Positions 1 to 8,806 of a stretch of DNA of 17,552 bases are shown here, piece by piece. The translations under genes and the position numbers were made by a program. Below the pieces are notes generated by a model. That model was given only the letters and a program-made list of their open reading frames with translations, ran no database searches and was not told the DNA's origin. Source of the DNA: an uncultured archaeon (GTDB lineage Archaea > Asgardarchaeota > Lokiarchaeia > Sigyniarchaeales > SOKP01); contig CAZGJX010000089.1 in assembly GCA_964525635.1 (NCBI GenBank), positions 1 through 17,552 of the forward strand, read 5' to 3'. Positions within the stretch are counted from its first letter, which is position 1; each line of letters begins with the position of its first letter.

Positions 1-301
1 GATAGAATTTAAAATAGATAGAAAATTAGTTAAAATAATAACTTAACAGTCTTTTAAAGTTTTTTGACATAATAATTTTATTTTATTTTATTTAATTAAT
101 AATATTAAATTTCATAAAGTAATATAAAAAGGTATATGGTCATAATTTGAATATTTTGTTAACTCAATTAATAAGAAAATTAGTAAAATAGTAATTTAGT
201 AATTAAAGAATATTCTTTAAAAAGATAATATTATTTTTTTTCATTATTTTATCTTGATGAATCGTGTTTAAAATTAAATATCCAATTCTTAAGATTTAAT
301 T

Positions 302-931
302 TTAAAGATATTTTCTTATAACCTCTCCTTCAGGGGTTTCTTCTTCAAATAAGATTGCTTGAAAAGAATAAATCTTTGTATCTTTTTCTTTCCATGCATC
401 TGCATCAAGCCACGCTTTTTGACATGTATGGGACAAAAAGGTGGATACATCCCAATTTCGTCCACGATCAACGGGAACTTGAGGTAAAAGCAATCCGCGA
501 CGCATCCCCCTCTCAGCAATAAGTCCATCTCTACCAATTATAATCTTTTTTAAATATTCATCGGGATTATCAACTTCAATAAGTTTAGGTGGAGTTAAAA
601 TTGATATTTCAATAGTAATATGATCCATCTCTTCAAGACTTACTGAAGGAAAACGGGGATCCTCTACAGCTGAACTAATTGAAACCTTATGGATAACTTC
701 ATACAAAGAAAATGTAGGTTCTATATATCCTATACAACCTCGTAAAGGATTACCTTCTATATTAATTTTATTTAAAGTTACAAAACAGCCATATTTATCT
801 TTGAATTTTTCTTTCAAATTCTCAGGAACAATAATTCTTCTGCTATTTTTTAAGTAATATTCAATATTTTCTCGAGCAAACTGTATTAATAATTTACCAT
901 CTTCTATTGTAAATGGTTCTCCTTCTGACAT
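302..931 (-). CDS. AMMECR1-domain protein (AmmeMemoRadiSam system protein A-like)
   Basis: 209-aa ORF with the family signature LRGCIG, plus GCFVTL, DPRF, IEISILTPP, GRDGL and GLLLPQVP motifs typical of archaeal AMMECR1 homologs. Confidence 0.92.
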   Translation of the reverse strand: MSEGEPFTIEDGKLLIQFARENIEYYLKNSRRIIVPENLKEKFKDKYGCFVTLNKINIEGNPLRGCIGYIEPTFSLYEVIHKVSISSAVEDPRFPSVSLEEMDHITIEISILTPPKLIEVDNPDEYLKKIIIGRDGLIAERGMRRGLLLPQVPVDRGRNWDVSTFLSHTCQKAWLDADAWKEKDTKIYSFQAILFEEETPEGEVIRKYL

Positions 932-992
932 AACTATGAATTAAAATTTATTTAATTAATATAATAAAACATTATTTCTGATATTTTAAACT

Positions 993-2387
993 TTATTCTG
1001 TTCTAATTAAGACTTTTCCCTTAGGTTTAGAATCCTCTAAATTTATTTCATTTCCATTCAAAAAAACTTTCCATATTTGAACTTTTGAAATGTAGTCTTT
1101 AAATGGAGAAAATTTAGCTTTCGTTTTAAAATATAGAGGATTGATTTTATAATCCAAGATTTTATCGATAATTATTAAATCAGCATCATAACCTTCTTTA
1201 ATAAATCCTTTATTTTGTAATTTAAAGATTTTAGCTGGATTCTCACATGCAATTTTAATAAATAGTTCTAGTGATAATTCATAATTACATATTTTATCCA
1301 GAAGAATTAAGGGATAGGTTTCAAATCCAGGGAACCCGGAAGGAGCTGTCATATAACCCCCTTCTTTTTCCTTAATTGTATGTGGCGCATGATCTGTTCC
1401 AATTAATTGGATATTTCCTTTTTTTAATTCGTTAAATAAAAATTTAGAATGCTCCAAATCTCTTAATGGGGGTAATACCTTTCCATGATTCTGGTTTTCA
1501 AGTTTAATCTTTTTAGATAGAAAAAGGTGATGTGGAGTCACTTCAAAAGTGATCTTCAATTCCTTATATTTTTTTAAGGAATTTATTATCAAGGAATAAC
1601 TATCTTTACAACTAATATGACAAAAATGCACAATAGGATATTCTTCTGATTTAATTTTTGACTCAAAAATGAGTTTATAATAATTTTCAATTATAAAATT
1701 TACATATTTAGCTTCTGTTTTGGGAGGATATAATTCATTATGTAATTCTAAGATATCAATTTCTTGATTTTCATATTTCTTGAAAATATCTGCTTTTTCT
1801 TCCTCTGAGAGAGAAAAATCTGGGTGTATAAATATTGGAATTTGGAATTTAGATGAAATATCAAGTAATTTTTGTATATTTAATGAATCTGTCCAATCAA
1901 TACCATTTAAAGAACCAAGGGGATATATTTTAAATCCTAAAACGCCCAATTCAATTATTTTAGTTATTTCATTAAAATCCATTTGTATAGGAACCCCCGA
2001 AATAAAATGAACATTAGTATAAATGTTTCCCTCAGCTTTTTGTATCCAATTCTTTACTCGTTGAGCAGATATAGCAGGAGGTTTAGTGTTTGGCATATTA
2101 AACACTGTAGTTATACCAGAATAAGCAGCGGCTTTTGTACCCGTTATAAATGTTTCCTTTTCACTTTGTTCCAAATCTCTTAAATGAGAATGAATGTCAA
2201 TGATTCCCGGAATAATTATCTTATTTTCACAATCAATTATATCTTTATCATCATTTTCTTTTTCTATATCTTCTAAATTTATATCATTATCTTCAGAGAT
2301 AATTGATTTAATCTTTCCATTCTGAATTAGGAGTATTGCTTTCTTAAGCGTTCCTTCTGCATATATTTTTGCATTTTTTAAAATCAA
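993..2387 (-). CDS. pyrC: Dihydroorotase (class I, amidohydrolase superfamily)
   Basis: PGIIDIHSHLRD (HxHxR metal/substrate motif), GITTVFNMPNTKPP, GFKIY (carbamylated Lys position), HFCHIS, EVTPHHL, PPLR, GTDHAPH, NPAKIF, GYDADL. TTG start. Confidence 0.88.
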   Translation of the reverse strand: MILKNAKIYAEGTLKKAILLIQNGKIKSIISEDNDINLEDIEKENDDKDIIDCENKIIIPGIIDIHSHLRDLEQSEKETFITGTKAAAYSGITTVFNMPNTKPPAISAQRVKNWIQKAEGNIYTNVHFISGVPIQMDFNEITKIIELGVLGFKIYPLGSLNGIDWTDSLNIQKLLDISSKFQIPIFIHPDFSLSEEEKADIFKKYENQEIDILELHNELYPPKTEAKYVNFIIENYYKLIFESKIKSEEYPIVHFCHISCKDSYSLIINSLKKYKELKITFEVTPHHLFLSKKIKLENQNHGKVLPPLRDLEHSKFLFNELKKGNIQLIGTDHAPHTIKEKEGGYMTAPSGFPGFETYPLILLDKICNYELSLELFIKIACENPAKIFKLQNKGFIKEGYDADLIIIDKILDYKINPLYFKTKAKFSPFKDYISKVQIWKVFLNGNEINLEDSKPKGKVLIRTE

Positions 2388-2400
2388 TTCTTATCAATTT

Positions 2401-3084
2401 CTATTTTTTTAATTGTTTATCAATTTGATAATTAAGATATAGTATTATATCTTCGGAAGGTTTTATTTTATTAAATTCCATTATCTTAATTCTTTCAAAC
2501 ATTTTAGGATTGTTATTTTTAATTATATTCAACAAATCAATCAAATAATCATCATCTTCACAATTTAATTGTATAATATAAAGATAATCTTCTATGTTTT
2601 CAAAATAATTAAAGGTCTTAACTTTGGATAATATATCAAAGCATATTTGAGAATCTATTTTAGAATACATTTTATTGTTAGCAACAATAACTATTGGTCT
2701 TAAATTATATGAACCTAAATATGAAATAAATGATTCATCATCATTGAATTTCCTAATAAAAATACCTGGCGTTGATTTTATCCATTTATTAGGATTATGA
2801 GTTTTCTTTTGATCTAATGTATATAAGGCTTTTTTTAAGAGTAAAGCTTGTGATCTTTCGTCAGAACCTAGGAATCTTATTTTATTACCATTAAATTCAA
2901 TAAAAATATGCTGATCTTGAAAATATAACCATAATATATTTTCTTTTCTTATTGCATATGAAAGACAAAACATCTCTCTTATACAAGAACATAATTTATA
3001 TATTTCCAATGGAGTGTAACCTTGATCTATATCCTTTTTTGTATAAGGTATTATTTTATTAATATAGATGAGAATATCAACCAA
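2401..3084 (-). CDS. TrmY-like SPOUT protein (tRNA pseudouridine-54 N1-methyltransferase homolog), divergent C-terminal half
   Basis: LCSCIREMFCLSYAIRK, EFNGNKIRFLGSDERSQALLLKKAL and WIKSTPGIFIRK match the TrmY N-terminal motifs (LCRC...FFLSHDIRR, F.G..L....PDER..A..IKKAL, STPGIYV). TTG start; near srp54. Confidence 0.7.
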   Translation of the reverse strand: MVDILIYINKIIPYTKKDIDQGYTPLEIYKLCSCIREMFCLSYAIRKENILWLYFQDQHIFIEFNGNKIRFLGSDERSQALLLKKALYTLDQKKTHNPNKWIKSTPGIFIRKFNDDESFISYLGSYNLRPIVIVANNKMYSKIDSQICFDILSKVKTFNYFENIEDYLYIIQLNCEDDDYLIDLLNIIKNNNPKMFERIKIMEFNKIKPSEDIILYLNYQIDKQLKK

Positions 3085-3201
3085 TTTTGATCAAATTTCA
3101 ATAATTTTAATTTAATAAAGAAAATTAGACTATAATTAAATAAGTATTTTATTTAAAAGAATTCAATTCTATTATAGATTAATTATAATTAAAAAAACGA
3201 C

Positions 3202-3522
3202 TTGATATGTGTGGCGCTATGTCCATATTGTAATTCTGATCTTAAATTAAAATTATCTCTAAATCCAGTAGATATAGATCAAGAGTTTAAAGATAATGCA
3301 TTGAAAGCGATGGAAAGTTTTATAGAAATTCAAGCAGAGGTTATGTCATTTGGTGGGGGCCTTGCTAAACGCTTTGGAAAGATTGCATTAAAGTTTGCAA
3401 ATAAATATTTTGATAAAATTGGTGCTTTTCCAATAGTAGTATTATCATGCAATCAATGTAATAATACAATTACGGCAGATATATTCCAAGCTTCAGAATT
3501 TTTCCCAAATATGTCAAAATAA
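3202..3522 (+). CDS. Small hypothetical protein with split Zn-ribbon (CPYC ... CNQC)
   Basis: 106-aa ORF, GC-richer than its flanks, with two CxxC pairs near the termini. The real start may be GTG at 3211 (MALCPYC). Confidence 0.75.
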   Translation: MICVALCPYCNSDLKLKLSLNPVDIDQEFKDNALKAMESFIEIQAEVMSFGGGLAKRFGKIALKFANKYFDKIGAFPIVVLSCNQCNNTITADIFQASEFFPNMSK

Positions 3523-3695
3523 AAGTAATTTTTATAAAAATGTAAAAATCAATTCTAATTTTATCTTTTTTTTATATAAAGGACTTTTCATATTGAATAG
3601 AATATGTTATTATCTTATTTTAAAAAGAGATTATTAAAATAAACGAATTACATTAATATAAAAAAACTATCAAAATATTACATAAAATTGTTGTA

Positions 3696-5051
3696 CTAAA
3701 ATCCGCCGAATTTTTTAAGCATCTTATCAAATCCAGGAGGAAGTCCACCTTTACCACCTTTCTTTTTCATTTGAACCATATTTTTCATCATTTTCTTCAT
3801 TTGACGATATTGATCAAGCATTTTATTGATAACAGAATAAGGTTGTCCTGATCCTATAGCTATCCGTCTTTTCCTCGATCTCTTAATAATTTCTGCTGTA
3901 TTTTTCTCTTCAGCAGTCATCGAATTCAAAACTACTTCCCATTTTTCAATATTTTTTTCAGCATCTTCTTTCAATAAACCTGAAATATTAGCTCCACCCA
4001 ACATTTCTATAAGTTTCCCAAATTTTCCTACTTTTTTTAAAGACTTTAATTGTGTACAAAGGTCATCTAATGTAAATTTACCTTTCATCATACGTTTTAT
4101 AGCCTCTTGATCTACCTCTATTTCCGCTTCTTGTACTCTTTCTATGAGACCTTGAATATCAGGAATACTTAATAAAGATCCTACAAAACCAGTTGGATTA
4201 AAATCATCAAGATCATCTATTTTCTCTCCAACACCAATGAATCGAATAGGAACATTAGTTGCAGCACAAGCAGAAAGGGCGCCACCTCCTTTTGCTGTTC
4301 CATCCAATTTTGTAACAATAATACTTCCAAGATTAGTTGATTTTGAAAATGCTTCTGCTTGTGTATAAGCTTGTTGACCTAAAGTGCCATCTATTACCAA
4401 AATTACTTCATTAGGTTTTAGAACTTTTTCTATCTTTACCATTTCCTCCATTAATTCTTTCTCTTGTTTGTGCCTTCCTGCAGTGTCAACAATTAAAACA
4501 TCAAAACCCTCATTTAATGCTTTTTTTGTTTCTTTAACAGCGATTTTTAATGGATTTTTTTCATTTGGATCTCCAAAACATTTGACACCAATTTGGTTTG
4601 TCAATTGTTGGAGTTGCTCATACGCACCAGGTCTCCATGTATCCGTTGTTAATGTAGCAACCTTGAATCCCTTACTCTTATAGAAATATGCTAACTTACC
4701 AATTGATGTGGTTTTTCCTGACCCTTGGATACCAACCAGTAATATCACATTTTTTTTCTTAGGATTTATTCTAATTGGCGCTGGTTTTCCTCCTAGTGTT
4801 TTTATTAACTCATCATGTACAAGTTTAATAATGAATTCTTTACGACTGGCTTTTTGGAGTGTTGTATTCATTGCCTCTTTTTTAATATTCTCTGTCATCT
4901 CTAAAACAAGATTCACATTTACATCCGAATCTATTAATGCCCGCTGAAGTTCTTGGATTAGAGCCATAAGAGCATCTTTATCTATCTTGGGTAATCTACG
5001 TAATTTTCGAACAGCATTATCCAAGGCCTTACCGAGATTTTCTAAAACCAT
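3696..5051 (-). CDS. srp54: Signal recognition particle protein SRP54
   Basis: N domain (LQRALIDSDVN), GTPase motifs GIQGSGKTT, DTWRPGA, DTAGRH, TKLDGTAKGGGALS, GVGEKIDDL; M domain FTLDD...NSMT..E...RRIAIGSG and Met/Gly-rich tail. Confidence 0.97.
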   Translation of the reverse strand: MVLENLGKALDNAVRKLRRLPKIDKDALMALIQELQRALIDSDVNVNLVLEMTENIKKEAMNTTLQKASRKEFIIKLVHDELIKTLGGKPAPIRINPKKKNVILLVGIQGSGKTTSIGKLAYFYKSKGFKVATLTTDTWRPGAYEQLQQLTNQIGVKCFGDPNEKNPLKIAVKETKKALNEGFDVLIVDTAGRHKQEKELMEEMVKIEKVLKPNEVILVIDGTLGQQAYTQAEAFSKSTNLGSIIVTKLDGTAKGGGALSACAATNVPIRFIGVGEKIDDLDDFNPTGFVGSLLSIPDIQGLIERVQEAEIEVDQEAIKRMMKGKFTLDDLCTQLKSLKKVGKFGKLIEMLGGANISGLLKEDAEKNIEKWEVVLNSMTAEEKNTAEIIKRSRKRRIAIGSGQPYSVINKMLDQYRQMKKMMKNMVQMKKKGGKGGLPPGFDKMLKKFGGF

Positions 5052-5300
5052 AATAACCAGCTTTTAAAATATTTAATTAATTAAATTAATTCTGAAAAAT
5101 AAAATTTGTTCTGGATTATAAAAATACTCCATAATTCAATGAAGATAGTTAGTCTATATATTTATATAACTTTTTATTCCTTATAATCATTAAAAATATA
5201 AAAATTTTAAAAAAATATATGAAGAACAATTAATTTTGAACCATATTAACTTTAAAATTATAAAATTAAAATATTCTTATCGTAATTAACTAACTGAGAA

Positions 5301-5307
5301 AAGGTGA
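5301..5307 (+). promoter_or_regulatory. Shine-Dalgarno sequence (AAGGTGA) for aIF5A
   Basis: Matches the archaeal SD consensus GGTGA and lies 7 nt before an in-frame ATT (5315) at the position expected for the aIF5A N-terminus. Confidence 0.65.
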
Positions 5308-5314
5308 AATAATT

Positions 5315-5746
5315 ATTTCCATAAGAAGAGATGAAATACAAAAATTAAAGTCCGGTAATTTTATTATGATTGAAAATGAACCGTGTGTTATTAAAAACAC
5401 AGAACGAAGTAAATCTGGAAAACATGGACATGCTAAAGTCAGAGTTGTATGTGTAGGTCTATTTGATGATAATAAGCGTTCTATTACAATACCAAGTGGA
5501 CACTTAGTTGACATACCTGAAATAGTAAAAGGAAATGCACAAATAAATTTCATTGAAGAAAGTTCTATCAATATTATGGATCTCGAATCATATGAATCTA
5601 TTGATGTCAATTGGCCTAAAGATGAAGATATGAAAAAAAAATTAACAGATTTAAAAAATAATCCAACAGAAATGGCCCAAACTCAAGTAGAGTATTGGAG
5701 CTTAGCCGGAAAAACTTTAATTAATAGAGTTTTTTCTAATAAGTAG
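5315..5746 (+). CDS. eif5a: Translation factor aIF5A (eIF5A/EF-P family); probable start at ATT 5315 rather than ATG 5366
   Basis: Hypusine loop SKSGKHGHAK, EPC, GLFD, MDLESYE, VEYW. The frame stays open upstream of ATG 5366 to TAA at 5291 and encodes the conserved SIRRDEIQKLKSGNFI segment. Confidence 0.95.
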   Translation: MSIRRDEIQKLKSGNFIMIENEPCVIKNTERSKSGKHGHAKVRVVCVGLFDDNKRSITIPSGHLVDIPEIVKGNAQINFIEESSINIMDLESYESIDVNWPKDEDMKKKLTDLKNNPTEMAQTQVEYWSLAGKTLINRVFSNK

Positions 5747-5747
5747 A

Positions 5748-5765
5748 TTTTTATTTCTTTTTTTA
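5748..5765 (+). terminator. Possible oligo-T archaeal terminator after aIF5A
   Basis: TTTTTATTTCTTTTTTT directly after the stop codon. Weak evidence because the background is T-rich. Confidence 0.35.
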
Positions 5766-5833
5766 TATTAATATAAACAAAAATTTTATTTTTCTTTAAA
5801 ATTAATATTCTTTAGATATAATTAAATAATAGC

Positions 5834-6757
5834 TTGAGTCATATGGAACAAAAACCGATTGCCTTAGCTTGTAGAATGGATTCAGAAAGAGCATTGAATT
5901 TAGCTAAAGATATTTTCCATTTTTTAATTCAAGATAAACAAAGAGAAGTTATATTGGAGACAAGAATCTCTCCCAAAATAATGCCTCATAACGGTATAGA
6001 TTTAGAAGAGATGAGGGCTAATAATACCGATTTTATTATTGTAATTGGAGGAGATGGGAGTGTTTTAAGGGTTGTAAAGGGATTATATCAAAGAGATCCG
6101 CCTCCTATCTTAGGTGTCAATATAGGATCTATTGGTTTTTTGGATGAAAGTTATGAAAAAAGAATTTATAAAGATTTAGAGAAAGTTTTGGATGGTGATT
6201 ATATAATTGAAAAAGTATCCAAAATTACGCCCTATATTATTAAGAATAATTCTGAAGAATTAAAATTAAATAATGCATTAAATGAGATTTTAATCATTTC
6301 ATCTAAATTTTCAAAAGTTCTACAAATTTCAATAAAAATTGATGGAGTTTTCTTAAATAGAAGTTATCTGGATGGGGTTATAATTTCAACTTCTACGGGC
6401 TCCACGGCATATAATCTCAGTGCAGGTGGATCGATTGTCTTTCCTAGCTTGGATATTATGCAGATTACAGAATTAAACCCTTATGCGCGTTCTGGATTAA
6501 AACCAATAGTTGTTCCAATCGATAGTGATATTGAAGTTAAACTCTTAAGACCAAGACTTACTGCTAAAATAGTTATTGATGGCCAAACAGTTATAAAAGA
6601 AATTCAACCTAATACTAAAATTCGAATTAAAAAAGCTAACTCTCACGTTAAATTCATACGTTTCTCTCAATCTCTCTCAATGAATTATTATAAACGTCTA
6701 AGGAAGAAAATAATTGGTAATATAAGGATTCCAATGGGTGATTCACCTGAGGAATGA
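5834..6757 (+). CDS. nadK: NAD(+) kinase
   Basis: IGGDGSVLR, GVNIGSIGFL, ALNE, DGVIISTSTGSTAYNLSAGG, IDGQ motifs. Start is TTG 5834 or ATG 5843. Confidence 0.95.
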   Translation: MSHMEQKPIALACRMDSERALNLAKDIFHFLIQDKQREVILETRISPKIMPHNGIDLEEMRANNTDFIIVIGGDGSVLRVVKGLYQRDPPPILGVNIGSIGFLDESYEKRIYKDLEKVLDGDYIIEKVSKITPYIIKNNSEELKLNNALNEILIISSKFSKVLQISIKIDGVFLNRSYLDGVIISTSTGSTAYNLSAGGSIVFPSLDIMQITELNPYARSGLKPIVVPIDSDIEVKLLRPRLTAKIVIDGQTVIKEIQPNTKIRIKKANSHVKFIRFSQSLSMNYYKRLRKKIIGNIRIPMGDSPEE

Positions 6758-6833
6758 AACGATCTTATAGTTTTTTTAAATAGAATTTTATATAATCAGT
6801 ATACATATTTGTAAAATCTTTAAATGATAATTA

Positions 6834-7415
6834 ATGATGGCACCAACGGAAAATGAAAATGAAACTAAAGAATCCATAATAATTTTTGATACAAATATCT
6901 TTCTTAAAGGTCTAGATTTTAATGTTATAAAAAGTGAAATTTATACTGTTCCAGAAGTCCTTGATGAGATTAAAGTTGAGCGATATCTCAAAAAGAATAG
7001 AACTATTATTGATAGAATTCATTGCGCTATTGAATCACAGAAATTAATTTTAAAATCAGCAAATGAAGAATATGTAAGAAAAGTTGTCGAGAGATCTAAA
7101 ATTACGAATGACTTTATTGTCTTATCTGATGTGGACATCAAATTAATTGCTCTTGCTCTTGAGTTTAAGCAAACATCAAATAAAAAAATAGTTTTATATA
7201 CTAATGATTATTCAATGGAAAATTTATGTTTAGAATTAAATATTTCATTCTCTCCATTGTATAAAGAAGGTATTATAAAGAAAAAATTATTTGAAATTTT
7301 TTGTCCTTTCTGTAAAATCCAAAAAAATTTAAATGAGCAAATATGTGAGATTTGTGGTTCAAAATTAAAGAGAAGGACAAAAGAAAATTCAAAGAATACT
7401 GTAAATAATAGATAA
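6834..7415 (+). CDS. nob1: Nob1-family PIN endoribonuclease with C-terminal Zn ribbon (rRNA maturation)
   Basis: PIN motifs FDTN, TVPEVLDEIK, LSDVDIKLIALA, YTNDYSMEN; Zn ribbon CPFC...CEICGSKL. Confidence 0.9.
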   Translation: MMAPTENENETKESIIIFDTNIFLKGLDFNVIKSEIYTVPEVLDEIKVERYLKKNRTIIDRIHCAIESQKLILKSANEEYVRKVVERSKITNDFIVLSDVDIKLIALALEFKQTSNKKIVLYTNDYSMENLCLELNISFSPLYKEGIIKKKLFEIFCPFCKIQKNLNEQICEICGSKLKRRTKENSKNTVNNR

Positions 7416-7459
7416 AAACACTATATTTATAAATTAAAAATCAATGCAAGTGACATATT

Positions 7460-8515
7460 ATGGGAGTAAAAATAAACGATCTAGTAAAAGAAGTAAAACG
7501 CACAATTACATTTGAAAATCTCTTAAATAAAAAGATTGCCATCGATGCATTTAATACAATTTATCAATTTTTAGCTATAATTAGACAGAGAAATGGAACA
7601 CCTTTAAAAGATTATGAAGGAAATATAACATCTCATCTATCTGGATTATTCTATAGAACAATTAATTTTATAGAACATAATATTAAACCCATCTATGTAT
7701 TTGATGGAAAACCTTCTGAATTAAAACTTGAAACAATTGAAGAGAGAAGAAAAGTAAAAAAAGAAGCTAATATAAAAATGATTAAAGCTCAAGAAAAGGG
7801 AGATATGTCAGAAGCTAAAAAGTTTGCTCAAATGACATCAAAATTAGATAATAATATGATTGAAGAATGTAAAAAATTAATAAATTATATGGGTATACCA
7901 ATTATTCAAGCTCCTTCCGAAGGGGAAGCACAATCTGCATATATGGTAGATGTTGGTGATGCATGGGCCTGTGCTTCTCAAGACTATGATACTCTTCTAT
8001 TTGGAGGAAATAGATTAATTAGAAATTTTGCTATCAGTAGAAGTAAAAAAGTTAAAAATACAACTATAACATTAGATATAGAATATATATCCCTTTCAAA
8101 GTTTTTAGATAAATTTGATATTACGAGAGAACAACTAATCGAAATGGGTATTTTAATCGGAACTGATTTTTTTCCCGGAGTAAAAGGTATTGGACAACAT
8201 AAAGCTTTAGAATTAATTAAGAAATATGAAACATTAGAAACTATTATCAAAAGTAATGTTTTACCCCCTAAAAATAATCTAGTTTCAAATTTAGACTTAA
8301 TAGAACAAGCAAAAACAATATTTTCTACTCCTACTATTAAAAAGGATTATCCTACTTTAAAATGGGAAAAAATTGAATATGACAAAATAGAGGAATTATT
8401 GGTTGAACAACATAATTTTTCTAAAAATAGAGTAATAAATGCCTTAGATCGGCTTAAGAAATTAGATAGTACTTCAAAACAGGTATCTCTGGACTCATTT
8501 TTTGGGAGTAGATAA
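7460..8515 (+). CDS. fen: Flap endonuclease 1
   Basis: MGV start, AIDAFNTIYQFL, TSHLSGLFYRT, VFDG, APSEGEAQ, SQDYDTLLFG, GTDFFPGVKGIG (H3TH), C-terminal PIP box. Confidence 0.98.
   Translation: MGVKINDLVKEVKRTITFENLLNKKIAIDAFNTIYQFLAIIRQRNGTPLKDYEGNITSHLSGLFYRTINFIEHNIKPIYVFDGKPSELKLETIEERRKVKKEANIKMIKAQEKGDMSEAKKFAQMTSKLDNNMIEECKKLINYMGIPIIQAPSEGEAQSAYMVDVGDAWACASQDYDTLLFGGNRLIRNFAISRSKKVKNTTITLDIEYISLSKFLDKFDITREQLIEMGILIGTDFFPGVKGIGQHKALELIKKYETLETIIKSNVLPPKNNLVSNLDLIEQAKTIFSTPTIKKDYPTLKWEKIEYDKIEELLVEQHNFSKNRVINALDRLKKLDSTSKQVSLDSFFGSR
8480..8503 (+). other. PCNA-interacting (PIP) box of FEN-1, QVSLDSFF
   Basis: Matches Q-x-x-L-x-x-F-F exactly at the C-terminus. Confidence 0.9.
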
Positions 8516-8806
8516 AATTATTTCTCTATAAATCGTAAATTTATGATATAATTTTCTTCTTTCTTAAAAAAAAGGAATTAAAAATTACTATTCAATAATT
8601 AATAGGTATCCGTATTATTTTAAAAACAAAACCTCTATAAATAGTAATGTTATATATATTTTATAAGAAAAGTAATCATCACTGGAATTAAAGTATTTAT
8701 TATTATTATATCTATGAATAAATTTGTAAGATTTTATAATTATTTTTGTGATATTTTCTTTTTATTCGTATAAATTAAAAAAAACTCGAAAATTTAAGAT
8801 TAAAAA

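Noticed and set aside
1-301. AT-rich left end considered for a gene or RNA
   Set aside because: No ORF with credible coding signal and no structured-RNA features; probably intergenic.
316-537. 73-aa alternative-frame ORF inside the AMMECR1 gene
   Set aside because: Fully overlaps a well-supported gene and has no recognisable motif.
1780-2183. Two short plus-strand ORFs antisense to pyrC
   Set aside because: Shadow ORFs of a conserved gene, with antisense-type composition.
4384-4947. Two plus-strand ORFs antisense to srp54
   Set aside because: Shadow ORFs (Ser/Phe/Ile-rich mirror of Glu/Lys codons).
5071-5086. Perfect 16-bp palindrome ATTTAATTAATTAAAT upstream of srp54
   Set aside because: A/T-only, low-complexity TTAA iteration; similar strings occur in other spacers, so it is plausibly chance.
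5290-5610. 106-aa minus-strand ORF over aIF5A
   Set aside because: Antisense shadow of aIF5A.
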